Assembly: GCA_027451365.1 (NCBI GenBank)
Contig: DAIDJN010000040.1
Coordinates: forward strand, 84,711-148,710
DNA: 64,000 bases
Reading direction: 5' to 3'
From: Phycisphaerales bacterium
Lineage (GTDB): Bacteria > Planctomycetota > Phycisphaerae > WQYP01
Shown here: one piece after another, positions 46,292 through 58,120 of the stretch
Numbering within the stretch: the first letter of the stretch is position 1
Layout: every line of letters begins with the position of its first letter
Translations under genes and position numbers: made by a program
The notes under the pieces: model-generated
The model's database searches: none
What the model saw: the letters and a program-made list of their open reading frames with translations, nothing else
Told to the model about the DNA's origin: nothing

Positions 46292-48934
46292 ATGGCGGCG
46301 GAACTCACCGGTTCAAATCGTATCAGTCGAAGGGGATTTATTGCTGCAACCGCCGGGGCAGCCGTTGCCACCGGACTTTGCGGCCCAGGAGATCAATCAC
46401 AGGCCGCAAAGCCGGCCAATAAAGCGACTCCGGTCGCACCGCTGGGCAATATAGAGCTTGCGGCATTCTCTCGTGCCCAGGCCCGCGCTGCGGCACTCGT
46501 GGCCCGCATGTCTCCCGCCGAAATGGTTTCTCAGCTTGGTAATACCGCCCCGGCAATTAAACGACTCGGACTGCCGGCGTATCAATACTGGCATGAAGCT
46601 CTGCATGGCCTGCTGCGCAGCGGCCCGGTGACCAGCTTTCCGGTGCCGCTGGCTTTGGCCAACAGTTGGGATCCCGAATTGCAGTTCCAGGTTTATGATG
46701 CCGTTTCGGATGAAGCCCGCGCCTATCACAACGCCCATGGGACCGCGCTGGCATTTTATTCTCCACAAACGCTTAATACCGCACGCGATCCGCGCTGGGG
46801 TCGGATAGATGAAACCCTGGGTGAAGACCCGCATTTAATTGGTGTGATGGCAGGTGCGGCCGTGCGCGGCATGCAAGGCGAAGATGCGACCTATCTGAAA
46901 ACCGTATGCTGCGCCAAACATTTTATCTGTAACGAAACCGATGATGACCGTCACACGGTTTCCGCAGCGGTAAATCCACGTAGTTTCTGGGAATATTTTA
47001 CGCAGCCCTTCGAAGCCGCGGTAAAGGCCGGAGTGGCCACGGTCATGAGTTCCTATAATGAAATAAATGGTATTCCGTGTACCGGCGATCGCACACTCCT
47101 GACCGATCTTCTGCGCAGACAATGGGGATTCCGCGGCTATGTCACTTCTGATTGCGACGCGGTGGCCGATATTTACCAGACACATCACTATGTGCCGACA
47201 GGTTCGCAGGCCGCGGCCATGGGCCTGCACGCCGGTTGCGACCTGAATTGTGGCGACACATACCAGAAGCACGCCCTGCAAGCCATGAATCTTGAACAGG
47301 TCAGTGATGGACAGGTGGCACAGGCGGTTACCCGATTATTGACCATTCGCATGTTGCTGGGGGAATTTGATGACGCTGGCGGTGTTCCGTTCAGCGGCAT
47401 CAGCTTTTCCGTGGTGGACAGTGCAGAACACCGGACATTAGCGGTGCGGGCAGCGCGGGAATCGATGGTGCTTCTGAAAAACGACGGCCCGCTGCTGCCG
47501 CTAAAAATAGACGCGATCAAATCGGCGGCGGTCATCGGGCCGTTGGCGGCGCGGTGCCCACTGGGCGGATATGCCGGCGGTCCCTTTGTTCATGTGTCGC
47601 CTTTAGAGGGAATTGCCTCGGCGCTGGGGACAAAAATTGCCCACAACCGCATTCCCGCGGTGAATTTCACCAGCATTGACTGGCAGTTTAAATTTTCAAA
47701 CTGCGTCCTGGCGGATTCTTCACTGGGGCTGGCGCGCAACTCATATTGGGTGGAATTGCCGGCGGCCGATTTTTCCGGAGTTACTTCTATCAAGGCTCGC
47801 GCGGCGGCCCTTCATTCCGGCGGAACGCTGGAAGTGCATCTGGATTGGGCCGGCGGCCCGCTTGCCGCCAGTCTCCCCATTCCCGCCACCGGAAGCTGGA
47901 ATACCTGGCAGGTGGTATCCGCGCCTGTGAGTCACAAAAATTCTCAAATCACCGGCAGCCATTCCATTTATCTTGTTTTCCGTGGACCTGGCAATAGCCC
48001 TGATCTTTTTCATCTGGATTGGATCGAACTTGACCCCGCGCCGCATATTCCACCATCCAGTGTGCGAATAACTTCCGTATTGGGCTGCACGGTGGCTGGC
48101 CCGCGGAATGAAAAATGGCTGACCGAAGCCGCCGCTGCTGCCAAAGCGGCGGATATTGCGGTTGTGGTGGTGGGTGATGATCAGACTGTCGATCACGAAC
48201 AGCTTGACCGTGCAGATATTCGATTGCCCGGTGCTCAGCATGAACTGATCCGGCGGGTCTGTCAGGCGAATCCCAAAACAATTCTGATTGTCGCCAGCAA
48301 TTGTCCGGTCGCCATTCCAGCCGAGCAGGCCAGCCCGCATATTCCGGCAATTCTTTGTGCGATTGCCGCCGGACAGGCGGGGGGGATCGCGATTGCAGAT
48401 GTGCTGTTTGGCGCGTACAACCCCGGTGGAAAGCTGGCGGAAACCTGGTACACAGGCCTGAAGCAACTGCCGCATTTTCATGATTTTGATATTATGAATA
48501 ATCGCACATATATGTATTTCACAGGCAAGCCTCTGTATCCATTTGGGTATGGACTAAGTTACAGCACATTCGCATTTTCCGATCTTCAAACCAGTTCCCG
48601 CACTTTGCGCGCGGGTGAAACAATTGACATAAGCCTGAGCATAAAAAACACCAGCCACGTGACCGGTGACGAAGTCGTGCAGGTATATGTACGCGCTCCC
48701 AAAAGCAGTGTCAAACGCCCACGGAAACAACTGGTGGACTTTCTGCGGGTGCGAAACCTTAAGCCCGGCGAGGCGCGTCGCATTACTCTTCATCTAGGCC
48801 ACGACCACCCGGCCCTTCGTTATTGGGACGAAACCCGCCAGAGTTTTGTCGTACAGCCCGGCAAAATGGATATCATGGCCGGCAATTCCAGCGACAATAT
48901 TCTGCTCAAGACCTCCATCTCGCTTTCGGCGTGA
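46292..48934 (+). CDS. GH3 beta-xylosidase/glucosidase with CBM6-like insert and Fn3-like domain; Tat signal
   Basis: SRRGFI, EALHG, RDPRWGR, KHF, VTSDC and YPFGYGLSY, with CBM6-like PATGSWNTWQ. Confidence 0.93.
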   Translation: MAAELTGSNRISRRGFIAATAGAAVATGLCGPGDQSQAAKPANKATPVAPLGNIELAAFSRAQARAAALVARMSPAEMVSQLGNTAPAIKRLGLPAYQYWHEALHGLLRSGPVTSFPVPLALANSWDPELQFQVYDAVSDEARAYHNAHGTALAFYSPQTLNTARDPRWGRIDETLGEDPHLIGVMAGAAVRGMQGEDATYLKTVCCAKHFICNETDDDRHTVSAAVNPRSFWEYFTQPFEAAVKAGVATVMSSYNEINGIPCTGDRTLLTDLLRRQWGFRGYVTSDCDAVADIYQTHHYVPTGSQAAAMGLHAGCDLNCGDTYQKHALQAMNLEQVSDGQVAQAVTRLLTIRMLLGEFDDAGGVPFSGISFSVVDSAEHRTLAVRAARESMVLLKNDGPLLPLKIDAIKSAAVIGPLAARCPLGGYAGGPFVHVSPLEGIASALGTKIAHNRIPAVNFTSIDWQFKFSNCVLADSSLGLARNSYWVELPAADFSGVTSIKARAAALHSGGTLEVHLDWAGGPLAASLPIPATGSWNTWQVVSAPVSHKNSQITGSHSIYLVFRGPGNSPDLFHLDWIELDPAPHIPPSSVRITSVLGCTVAGPRNEKWLTEAAAAAKAADIAVVVVGDDQTVDHEQLDRADIRLPGAQHELIRRVCQANPKTILIVASNCPVAIPAEQASPHIPAILCAIAAGQAGGIAIADVLFGAYNPGGKLAETWYTGLKQLPHFHDFDIMNNRTYMYFTGKPLYPFGYGLSYSTFAFSDLQTSSRTLRAGETIDISLSIKNTSHVTGDEVVQVYVRAPKSSVKRPRKQLVDFLRVRNLKPGEARRITLHLGHDHPALRYWDETRQSFVVQPGKMDIMAGNSSDNILLKTSISLSA

Positions 48935-49029
48935 TGGGAATCGGACCGCCTGGAACGCCATAGGCATTCACCATACTTGCCAACCGGCAGGCCGCCTTCC
49001 AGCCGTATTTGGCGGTTTATTGCGGCGGT

Positions 49030-49061
49030 AAAACAAAAGGCCCGCCGGTGTGGCGGGCCTT
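49030..49061 (-). terminator. Rho-independent terminator after ahcY (possibly bidirectional)
   Basis: AAGGCCCGCC-ggtgt-GGCGGGCCTT stem with a T-rich tail on the minus strand. Confidence 0.8.
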
Positions 49062-49093
49062 GAATATGATGCTCTTGTGGCGGTGCTCGGGAA

Positions 49094-50416
<1,323 letters not shown>

Positions 50417-51433
50417 CTAATTTCGCGGACGCATTGCCCGCATCACAAACAAATCCGGCACAGCCACGCGGCTTTCCGGGGAACGGCTTTTTCGGGATGG
50501 CAGCGTATGGCGGCGAATATCCGTCAGGCCGGCGCTGCGCAACTGACCGGTCAACTGGTCCGGCGCAAATCCCATCCATCGGTGACCCATTTTTTCACGG
50601 AACATCTCCACTTGATGCGGCAGCAGATCCACAATCAGGGCGACTCCGCCGGGCTTGAGTACCCGATGCACTTCCGCCAGCGAGGATTCAATATTGGACA
50701 CATGATGCAGAACCAGCACAATCAGTGCCGCATCCAGCAATTGGTTTTCAATGGGCAGTTGTTCCATGCGACCCGCCAGCAATTCAACATTTTTCAGTTG
50801 GGCCATGCGGATTCGATTGCGCGCGGCCTTGAGCATAGGGGCCGATGGCTCCACGGCAATCACTTTTTTTACATGTGGTGCCACCATCCCGAAAGTGGCT
50901 CCGGTGCCCGCCCCCAGATCACCGATCGTCCATTCCGGAGTCAGCAGAGCCAGCATCGCTTCAAGGTGAAAGGTATCGCCAAACCACTGGCTGCGGATAG
51001 TGTCCCACTGCGGTGCCGCGGAGCCGAAAAAATCGACTTTCAGATTTTGTCGGTCCTGCAGAGCCTGATTCAGACGGCATTCATCGGTGGCAAGCCGATC
51101 ATCGGTTAACAGTTGATGCTTGACCATCACATGCAATTGTTCAGAAATCGCATCGCGGCCGGAACTGATTATACGATACAGCATCGACGTGCCGTCGCGG
51201 CGCCCTTCCGCGATTTTCCCGTCCACCAGTGCTTTCATGTGCCGGCTGACCGTGGACTGAGGCAGTTTGAGTGCGGTGGCCAGTTCGCCTATGCGAAGGC
51301 CATCGGCTCCGGTGCGGTCCAGCAGGCGCAGCATTCGCAGCCGCATGGGGTCGGCCAGTGTTTTGAGCAACTCCACCCAGCGGTGCAGAGGGAGTGGCTC
51401 GGTATGGGTCCGGGTTGTCAATAATCCGTTCAT
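50417..51433 (-). CDS. ArsR-HTH + SAM-methyltransferase-fold regulator (SahR/SamR-like)
   Basis: LADPMRLRML...LPQSTVSRHM, DLGAGTG, VLHH, LKPGG and HRWMGF. Lies directly upstream of ahcY. Confidence 0.9.
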   Translation of the reverse strand: MNGLLTTRTHTEPLPLHRWVELLKTLADPMRLRMLRLLDRTGADGLRIGELATALKLPQSTVSRHMKALVDGKIAEGRRDGTSMLYRIISSGRDAISEQLHVMVKHQLLTDDRLATDECRLNQALQDRQNLKVDFFGSAAPQWDTIRSQWFGDTFHLEAMLALLTPEWTIGDLGAGTGATFGMVAPHVKKVIAVEPSAPMLKAARNRIRMAQLKNVELLAGRMEQLPIENQLLDAALIVLVLHHVSNIESSLAEVHRVLKPGGVALIVDLLPHQVEMFREKMGHRWMGFAPDQLTGQLRSAGLTDIRRHTLPSRKSRSPESRVAVPDLFVMRAMRPRN

Positions 51434-51471
51434 CCGGATATAATGATAGTATTCGCGGGCGGCCGCCGCAA
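51422..51471 (-). promoter_or_regulatory. sahR-ahcY promoter (TTGCGG-17-TATCAT) with ATCCG-N6-CGGAT operator over the start codon
   Basis: -35 at 51466-51471, -10 at 51443-51448 and inverted repeat at 51424-51439. Confidence 0.6.
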
Positions 51472-51562
51472 GTGAGGCACCGCCATGCCGTCAGGACCCG
51501 TTGGACCTGACGCGGCTTGTGTTAAACTGGAACGCTGTTATCAGAGTTGCTGGCGGTGAACG

Positions 51563-52585
51563 ATGTATCCATTGAAATTTAATCCGGTTTACCAAAAACG
51601 CATCTGGGGCGGGCGGCAAATTCAACACATTCTCGGACGGGCCATTCCACCGGCGTTGACCGGTGAACCCGTCGGCGAATCGTGGGAAATTGCGGATCTG
51701 CCGCCGGGGTCGGTTAAGGCTGATTCCGCGGGGGCTATGCCCGATGGATCATTAAGTTCCATTATCGCGGGCGGTCCTCTGGCCGGGCTTTCGCTGCACC
51801 AGGCGATGGAACGCCATTCCGCTGATATTCTGGGCGGGGGCGCAAGCAGTTATTTTCCATTGCTTATCAAATATCTCGACGCCAATGAAGACCTGTCCGT
51901 GCAGGTGCATCCTAATGAAGCCTACGCAAAATCCCACGCCGGCGCGCATCTTAAAAGCGAGGCCTGGTATATTTTGGCGGCCCGGCCCGGTTCTAAAATT
52001 TACAAAGGGCTGCGGCCTGGGACAACCCGCCAGATGTTTGCCGATGCGATACAGCAGGGCACGGTGGCCCAGATGCTAAATGCCATTCCGGTGCGCGCTG
52101 GAGACTGCCATTATCTGGAATCCGGCACCGTGCACGCCTTGGGGGCTGGTGTGCTGGCCGCAGAGGTGCAAACTCCCAGCGATACAACCTTCCGCGTGTT
52201 TGACTGGAATCGCCTCGGACCGGACGGCAAGCCGCGGGATTTGCATATTGAGGCAGCCATGCAGGTGATATCTTTTGACAGTGTCGCCGAACTGCCCGCG
52301 CAAGGCCACAGCGCACGTTTGGGCGATATTCAGGTGACCGATCTGGTTTCCTGCCGCTATTTTTCCATCAGTCGTCGAACGGTGGAAGGTGGAACGGTGG
52401 CGCTGCCGGTTTGTCCCGCGGCCGTCTGGATTATGCTGGCGGGTCAAGGTGTTCTGGAAATTCCAGGCGAAAGTGGCGTTGCGGTGGCCGCCGGCGATAC
52501 GGTGCTTGTGCCTGCTAAAATGGACAAGGCGATCCTCCGGGTGGTCAGCCCGTGCAGTTGGCTCCAGGCGGATTTGCCGAGTTAA
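51563..52585 (+). CDS. manA: Type I phosphomannose isomerase (cupin)
   Basis: RIWGG, GESWE, FPLLIKYLDA..LSVQVHP, KSEAWY, GTVHA and EVQTPSDTTFRVFDW. Confidence 0.9.
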   Translation: MYPLKFNPVYQKRIWGGRQIQHILGRAIPPALTGEPVGESWEIADLPPGSVKADSAGAMPDGSLSSIIAGGPLAGLSLHQAMERHSADILGGGASSYFPLLIKYLDANEDLSVQVHPNEAYAKSHAGAHLKSEAWYILAARPGSKIYKGLRPGTTRQMFADAIQQGTVAQMLNAIPVRAGDCHYLESGTVHALGAGVLAAEVQTPSDTTFRVFDWNRLGPDGKPRDLHIEAAMQVISFDSVAELPAQGHSARLGDIQVTDLVSCRYFSISRRTVEGGTVALPVCPAAVWIMLAGQGVLEIPGESGVAVAAGDTVLVPAKMDKAILRVVSPCSWLQADLPS

Positions 52586-52627
52586 TGCCCCAGTGTTCGA
52601 ATCGGCATTGGCCGGGTAACGGACCAG

Positions 52628-53665
52628 ATGGGCAATAGATGGATGATTATGAAACAGTTGAAAGTAAGACTGCAAAAATTTATGGCCGACTGCGGGGTCG
52701 CTTCGCGCCGCCGGTGTGAGGAACTCATTATTCAAGGACAGGTTCGCGTCAACGGCCAGGTGACGGCCATCCTGCCTGTGCTGATCGACCCGGCCAAAGA
52801 TCAGGTGATGGTGGGCGATGAAATTGTCGAATCCCTGGCACCAGAGGCCTTGGTCTATTTCGTGCTGCACAAGCCCAAAGGCGTCCTGGTAACCGCCCGT
52901 GATCCGGCTGATCGCAAAACTGTCCATGAACTCATGAAGGGTGTTCACGAGCGGGTTTTTCCCGTGGGACGGCTGGATATGGACGCCCGCGGCCTGGTTC
53001 TAATGACCAACGATGGCGAACTGGCCAATCAACTAAGCCATCCGCGTTACGCAGTGGAAAAAACCTATATTGTGACTGTGGATGGACGCATTGACGCCCG
53101 CGGCCTGGAGGAAATGAAAAAGGGAATGTGGCTTGGACCGGCGTATGAAGGCGGCAAAGCTGAAAAAACCCACGGCTTGAAAGTTAAGGTACTGGCCTCG
53201 GACCGTCGCGAATCAGTCCTGGAAATAAAATTGACCGAGGCCAAAAACCGGGAAATTCGCCGCGTGCTCGCCCGCATTGGCTATCGCGTGCGGGATCTGT
53301 TCCGCGCCGCGCTGGCGGAAAAAGTAACCGTCAAAGGGCTTGAGCCAGGAGCATTTCGGCCCTTGACCGAACAGGAATTGCACTGGCTCCAGAAAGTCAG
53401 TTCGCCCGATTATTCCCGGCGCCGGCTGGATGCCACCCAGAAATGGTATGAATCCAAGGAAATGGATAAAGAACGCAAACGGCTCGCCGCCGATGCCCGT
53501 AAGCCTGTCCCGCAAAAACCGGTTGCCAGGGATACCCGGAAAAAGGTTGCCGGACCGCGGCAGTCCAACGGCCCATGGACGCCGCGCGGCGGCCAAAACT
53601 CCGGCCATCGGCGGACCTCGGCCCTGGATCGCACGCACAAGCCATTTTCACGGCCAAAACGTTAA
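52628..53665 (+). CDS. rRNA pseudouridine synthase (RluB/RsuA family) with basic C-terminal tail
   Basis: RLQKFMADCGVASRR, HKPKG, FPVGRLD, MTNDG, HPRY and NREIRR. Start may be ATG 52649. Confidence 0.92.
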   Translation: MGNRWMIMKQLKVRLQKFMADCGVASRRRCEELIIQGQVRVNGQVTAILPVLIDPAKDQVMVGDEIVESLAPEALVYFVLHKPKGVLVTARDPADRKTVHELMKGVHERVFPVGRLDMDARGLVLMTNDGELANQLSHPRYAVEKTYIVTVDGRIDARGLEEMKKGMWLGPAYEGGKAEKTHGLKVKVLASDRRESVLEIKLTEAKNREIRRVLARIGYRVRDLFRAALAEKVTVKGLEPGAFRPLTEQELHWLQKVSSPDYSRRRLDATQKWYESKEMDKERKRLAADARKPVPQKPVARDTRKKVAGPRQSNGPWTPRGGQNSGHRRTSALDRTHKPFSRPKR

Positions 53666-53727
53666 TGACCTTGCCGCGGTTGCGCGGTTAGCAGTCGCAA
53701 TTAAATAAGCTGGAACCATGAAGTTTT

Positions 53728-56700
53728 ATGTCTGACAAACTGAAAACCAATCTCAACACCGCAGATACGAAGTGTCTTGACAAGCTGGATTCACTTGTGC
53801 AGGCCCCTTTGGCAAAGCATCCATTTCTGGACGTGCTCCAGTCGCGCGTGATGGTGTTCGATGGCGGCCTGGGCACACAGATATTCGCCGCGAACCTGCA
53901 ATTGTCCGATTTCTGGAATCTGGAAAACTGTCCGGAAGTGCTGGTTCTGTCCCGCCCGGATGTCATTGAAGGCATCCATTCATCCTATTTCGCCGCCGGC
54001 TCAGATACTGTGGAAACCGACACTTTCGGTGCCAGCAAAATCACTCTGGGCGAATTTGGTTTGCAGGACCGCTGTCGGGAAATAAACCGCGCCGCGGCGC
54101 AATTGGCCCGTCGCGCCGCCGATGCCCATAAAACCGCAGAAAAACCGCGGTTTGTGGCCGGTTCAATTGGACCGGGAACCAAGTCCATTACGCTGGGAAA
54201 CACCACGTTTGATCTGATGCACGATTCCTATCTGGAACAGGTCCGCGGCCTGCTGGATGGCGGCGTAGATGCCATACTTATCGAAACCTGTTTTGATCTT
54301 CTTCAGGCCAAAGTCGCCGTGATTGCCGCACTCGACGCCATGCGCGAATGCGGCCGGCGGGTGCCCATTATGGTGCAGGTCACCATGGAACAGGTCGGCA
54401 CCATGCTGCTGGGAACAGACATGGAGTCCGTGATTACCACCCTTGAAGCGCTGCCTGTGGATATTCTGGGCATGAATTGCGCCACAGGCCCGGAATTAAT
54501 GCGCCCGCATGTGGAGACCTTAAGCCGACTGTGTGCGCGGTATCTTTCCATTCAGCCCAATGCCGGCTTACCGGTACTGCACGAAGGGAAAACCCATTTT
54601 CCACTGGGTGCCGCTGAGCTTGCCGGCGCACATCGTGAATTTGTTACCGATTTTGGCGTCAATATTGTCGGCGGTTGCTGCGGCACTACTCCAGAACATA
54701 TCCGCGCGGTGGCCGGGGCTGTCCGTGGACTTTTGCCCAAAAAACGCGAAGCCTTTGGCCGCAAACCGGTCGGTGCCACTGCGGCCGTGTCTTCACTTTA
54801 TTCCTCGGTCCCGGCGCGGCAGGATAATTCGATTCCCATTATCGGCGAACGCACCAACACCAATGGTTCGCGCAAATTCAAGGATTGCCTGCTGGCACAG
54901 GACTGGGACACTCTGGTTTCCATGGGGCGCGAAGCCGTAAAGGAAGGCTCGCATGTGGTGGATGTCTGTGTGGATTATGTCGGTCGGCAGGGCGTGCCGG
55001 ATATGACCGAAGTCATCCGACGTTTCGCCAAGGAAGTCACCGCGCCCTTAATGATCGATTCCACCCAGCTTGATGTGGTGGAGGCCGGCCTGCAGGCCGC
55101 GCCGGGCAAGTGCATTGTCAATTCCATAAATCTTGAGGATGGCGAGGAGAAACTCGCCAATATGTGCCGACTGCTTCGCCGCTACGGCGCGGCCGTGGTG
55201 GCTGGCACCATAGATGAAGACAAAATTGAGGCCATGGGCAAAACCGCGGACCGCAAACTTGCCATCGCCCGACGACTGCATGATCTTCTTGTGTATAAAT
55301 ATGGCATTCCGGCTACCGATATTTATTTCGATCCGCTTATATTTCCCATCGTTACGGGGCAGGAGGAGGTCCGCCGCCTGGCACTGGAAACAATTGAAGG
55401 CATTCGCCGCATCAGCGCCGAGTTTCCCGATTGCCACACCACGCTTGGTCTTTCCAACGTCTCCTTCGGGTTAAAGCCTTACGCGCGGCTGGTGATCAAC
55501 AGCGCGTTCTTTAATGAATGCGTGCAGGCGGGGCTGACCTCGGCAATTGTGCATTCCAGCAAAATTCTCCCACAGAATAAAATTGAGCCTGAACATTACC
55601 AGTGGGCACTGGACCTTATTTATGACCGTTCCACCGAGAGCTACAACCCGCTCGGACTCCTGAGCAACCTTGGCGCGCCCGCCCGCGCCGCTGAAGCGCT
55701 GGATATGCTTTCACTGGAGGAAAAACTTCAGCGGCACATTATTGATGGAGACAAGCAGAAACTGCCCGAACATCTGGCTGAAGCCATGACCAAATACGCC
55801 CCGCTGGACATTATCAACGATCATCTGCTGGCTGGAATGAAAGTGGTCGGAGAACTCTTCGGCAGCGGCCGCATGCAGTTGCCGTTTGTGCTGCAAAGTG
55901 CGGAAGTGATGAAAACCGCCGTTGCCTGGCTTCAGCCACATATGCCTAAGGCGGCCGGGCAAAGCCGCGGCCGCATGGTACTGGCCACGGTGAAGGGGGA
56001 TGTGCACGACATCGGCAAAAACCTGGTGGACATTATTGTGTCCAACAATGGATATACGGTGTACAACTTGGGAATCAAACAGCCCATTGCCAATGTCATT
56101 GAGGCCGCCAAGAAATATGATGCTCACGCCATAGGCCTTTCCGGATTGCTGGTGAAGTCCACGCTGGTCATGCGCGATGACCTGATGGAACTCAACCGTC
56201 TGGGAATTTCCACGCCCGTGATTCTGGGCGGCGCGGCCCTGACGCGGAAATATGTCGAAAAAGATCTTCGTGATATTTATAAAGGTCCATTGTTTTTCGG
56301 AAAAGACGCCTTTGAAGGCCTGAAAATCATGGATCATGTCGCCACTGCCCGAACCGCCGATCTGCTGGTTGAAACCGGCGATGCGCCGGAAGTCGCACAG
56401 GCCCGCTGCCGCGGCGGTATGACGGCGGTTGCGCCGGTGTCCGCCACCGATTCCACCGGCCCGCAGGTGACGGATTATGCGGCAAATTCAATCGCCCGCG
56501 GCAACGCCATTCCTCCTCTGCCGTTTTATGGAACACGGGTGGTACAGGACATACCAGTAGACGCCATATATCCATATATTGATGAAGTCGCGCTGTTCCG
56601 CGGTCAGTGGCAGTTTAAAAGCGGTGTGATGCCGCGGGATGAATTCCGCAAATGGACCGAAGTGACCGTTCGCCCGATTTACGAACGCATTAAACAGAAA

Positions 56701-57303
56701 TGCCGGGATATGCAACTGCTTTCGCCGCGCGTGGTGTACGGCTATTTCTGGGCGCAAAGCGACAGGAATGACCTGGTTGTCTATGCCGAAGACCGCAAAA
56801 GTGAAGTCATGCGTTTTCACTTTCCGCGGCAGACCGCCCGCAAGCGCTGGTGTCTTTCCGATTTTTTCCGCAGTGTGGAATCCGGTCAGATGGATGTTCT
56901 GGCCATGCAGTGCGTTACCGCGGGGCCGAACGTTGCGCCGTATGAAAAGCAGTTGTTCGACACCGGTGATTTCACTGAATACCTTTACATTCATGGCATG
57001 GGCGTGCAGATAGCCGAGGCGCTGGCCGAAATGTGGCATAAGCGCATACGCCAGGAACTGGGTATCGCGGGCCATGACGGCCAGACGATGCGCGATATTT
57101 TTGCCTGCCGCTATCAGGGTTGCCGTTACAGCTTTGGCTATCCGGCCTGTCCCGATTTGCAGGATGAGGAAAAGCTGTTCAAACTGCTGGATCCTTCGCG
57201 CATCGGCTGCACGCTTTCCGAAAACTGGATGATTCAGCCGGAACAGTCCACCTCCGCACTTATCGTGCACCATCCGGAAGCGGTTTACTTTAATGTCGAT
57301 TGA
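53728..57303 (+). CDS. metH: Cobalamin-dependent methionine synthase
   Basis: DGGLGT, GGCCGT, IGERTNTNGS, MQLPFVLQSA, GDVHDIGKN and RYSFGYPACP. Confidence 0.97.
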   Translation: MSDKLKTNLNTADTKCLDKLDSLVQAPLAKHPFLDVLQSRVMVFDGGLGTQIFAANLQLSDFWNLENCPEVLVLSRPDVIEGIHSSYFAAGSDTVETDTFGASKITLGEFGLQDRCREINRAAAQLARRAADAHKTAEKPRFVAGSIGPGTKSITLGNTTFDLMHDSYLEQVRGLLDGGVDAILIETCFDLLQAKVAVIAALDAMRECGRRVPIMVQVTMEQVGTMLLGTDMESVITTLEALPVDILGMNCATGPELMRPHVETLSRLCARYLSIQPNAGLPVLHEGKTHFPLGAAELAGAHREFVTDFGVNIVGGCCGTTPEHIRAVAGAVRGLLPKKREAFGRKPVGATAAVSSLYSSVPARQDNSIPIIGERTNTNGSRKFKDCLLAQDWDTLVSMGREAVKEGSHVVDVCVDYVGRQGVPDMTEVIRRFAKEVTAPLMIDSTQLDVVEAGLQAAPGKCIVNSINLEDGEEKLANMCRLLRRYGAAVVAGTIDEDKIEAMGKTADRKLAIARRLHDLLVYKYGIPATDIYFDPLIFPIVTGQEEVRRLALETIEGIRRISAEFPDCHTTLGLSNVSFGLKPYARLVINSAFFNECVQAGLTSAIVHSSKILPQNKIEPEHYQWALDLIYDRSTESYNPLGLLSNLGAPARAAEALDMLSLEEKLQRHIIDGDKQKLPEHLAEAMTKYAPLDIINDHLLAGMKVVGELFGSGRMQLPFVLQSAEVMKTAVAWLQPHMPKAAGQSRGRMVLATVKGDVHDIGKNLVDIIVSNNGYTVYNLGIKQPIANVIEAAKKYDAHAIGLSGLLVKSTLVMRDDLMELNRLGISTPVILGGAALTRKYVEKDLRDIYKGPLFFGKDAFEGLKIMDHVATARTADLLVETGDAPEVAQARCRGGMTAVAPVSATDSTGPQVTDYAANSIARGNAIPPLPFYGTRVVQDIPVDAIYPYIDEVALFRGQWQFKSGVMPRDEFRKWTEVTVRPIYERIKQKCRDMQLLSPRVVYGYFWAQSDRNDLVVYAEDRKSEVMRFHFPRQTARKRWCLSDFFRSVESGQMDVLAMQCVTAGPNVAPYEKQLFDTGDFTEYLYIHGMGVQIAEALAEMWHKRIRQELGIAGHDGQTMRDIFACRYQGCRYSFGYPACPDLQDEEKLFKLLDPSRIGCTLSENWMIQPEQSTSALIVHHPEAVYFNVD

Positions 57304-57877
57304 GAACACGGGATGATTGTTCTTATGCCTGATCCGACAAGGCGAAGCATAAACAATTCAGGCATGATTTTGGCTTCCTGACTGTTGCGGTCCCATCCGC
57401 CGGCCGCCTTCCATCTGGTCTTGAGTTTCAGAACCACCGCTTCAGATTCGGCGCAGGTCTGGTCCGCACAGGCAAGATACATATCTGTCGGGGTTCAAAA
57501 CGGGGAATAGGCGGCCTCCATATGACGACAATTGCCGACCACTGATAATTACCTTATCGGAAACGACATGCAGAGCAAGAGTAAAATCTCGCAGTTTTTT
57601 CCGCGGCCGAACTTGAAGTGCGGACTATATTGATATTGCACCGTGATTGCAATTATCAATAAGCGAGCAATTGCATTATAAAGTGGTTCGCATCCGTTTC
57701 CATGGCCAGTCCAATACCCTTGTGGAATATTGCATGGAATATCGCAAAAATGTCATTGCAATCAGGCGCCCCGGATGTTTTGCTGAATCTTATTTGTGCC
57801 GTGTTCTGGCCGCGCAGAATCCGCATGAGATTTAGCTTGGCATTGACACGGGGTCGCTCAAGGGCAAATTACATATC

Positions 57878-58080
57878 GAGCGGACGGACTTCTGGCTTTG
57901 TTTTGTCGTTCGCAGCGGACAGCACCGGCGCGGTCGGCAGGGGATTCCGGCCAAGCCGGCGGCCCGGGGTCATGTTCCGACGTCCCATCAGGAGTGTGCG
58001 CGGGACAGCGTGTTGTGGTGTTCGAGTATCTGCGGCGAGTCGACGGAACGGCCAGTAGCTTGGCGGCAAGTTTCGTCTTC
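57878..58080 (+). ncRNA. Putative ~195-nt rod-like structured ncRNA (6S RNA candidate)
   Basis: Nested 5'/3' complementary helices (listed in the finding), TTGACA at 57843-57848, and no credible ORF. Confidence 0.45.
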
Positions 58081-58120
58081 AACAATTTAGACCCGGAACG
58101 GAATGGATATATACAGCAAA

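Noticed and set aside
57541..57564. dif-like site CTGATAA-ttacc-TTATCGG
   Set aside because: The central region is 5 bp rather than 6 and there is no XerD arm (TTATGTTAAAT).
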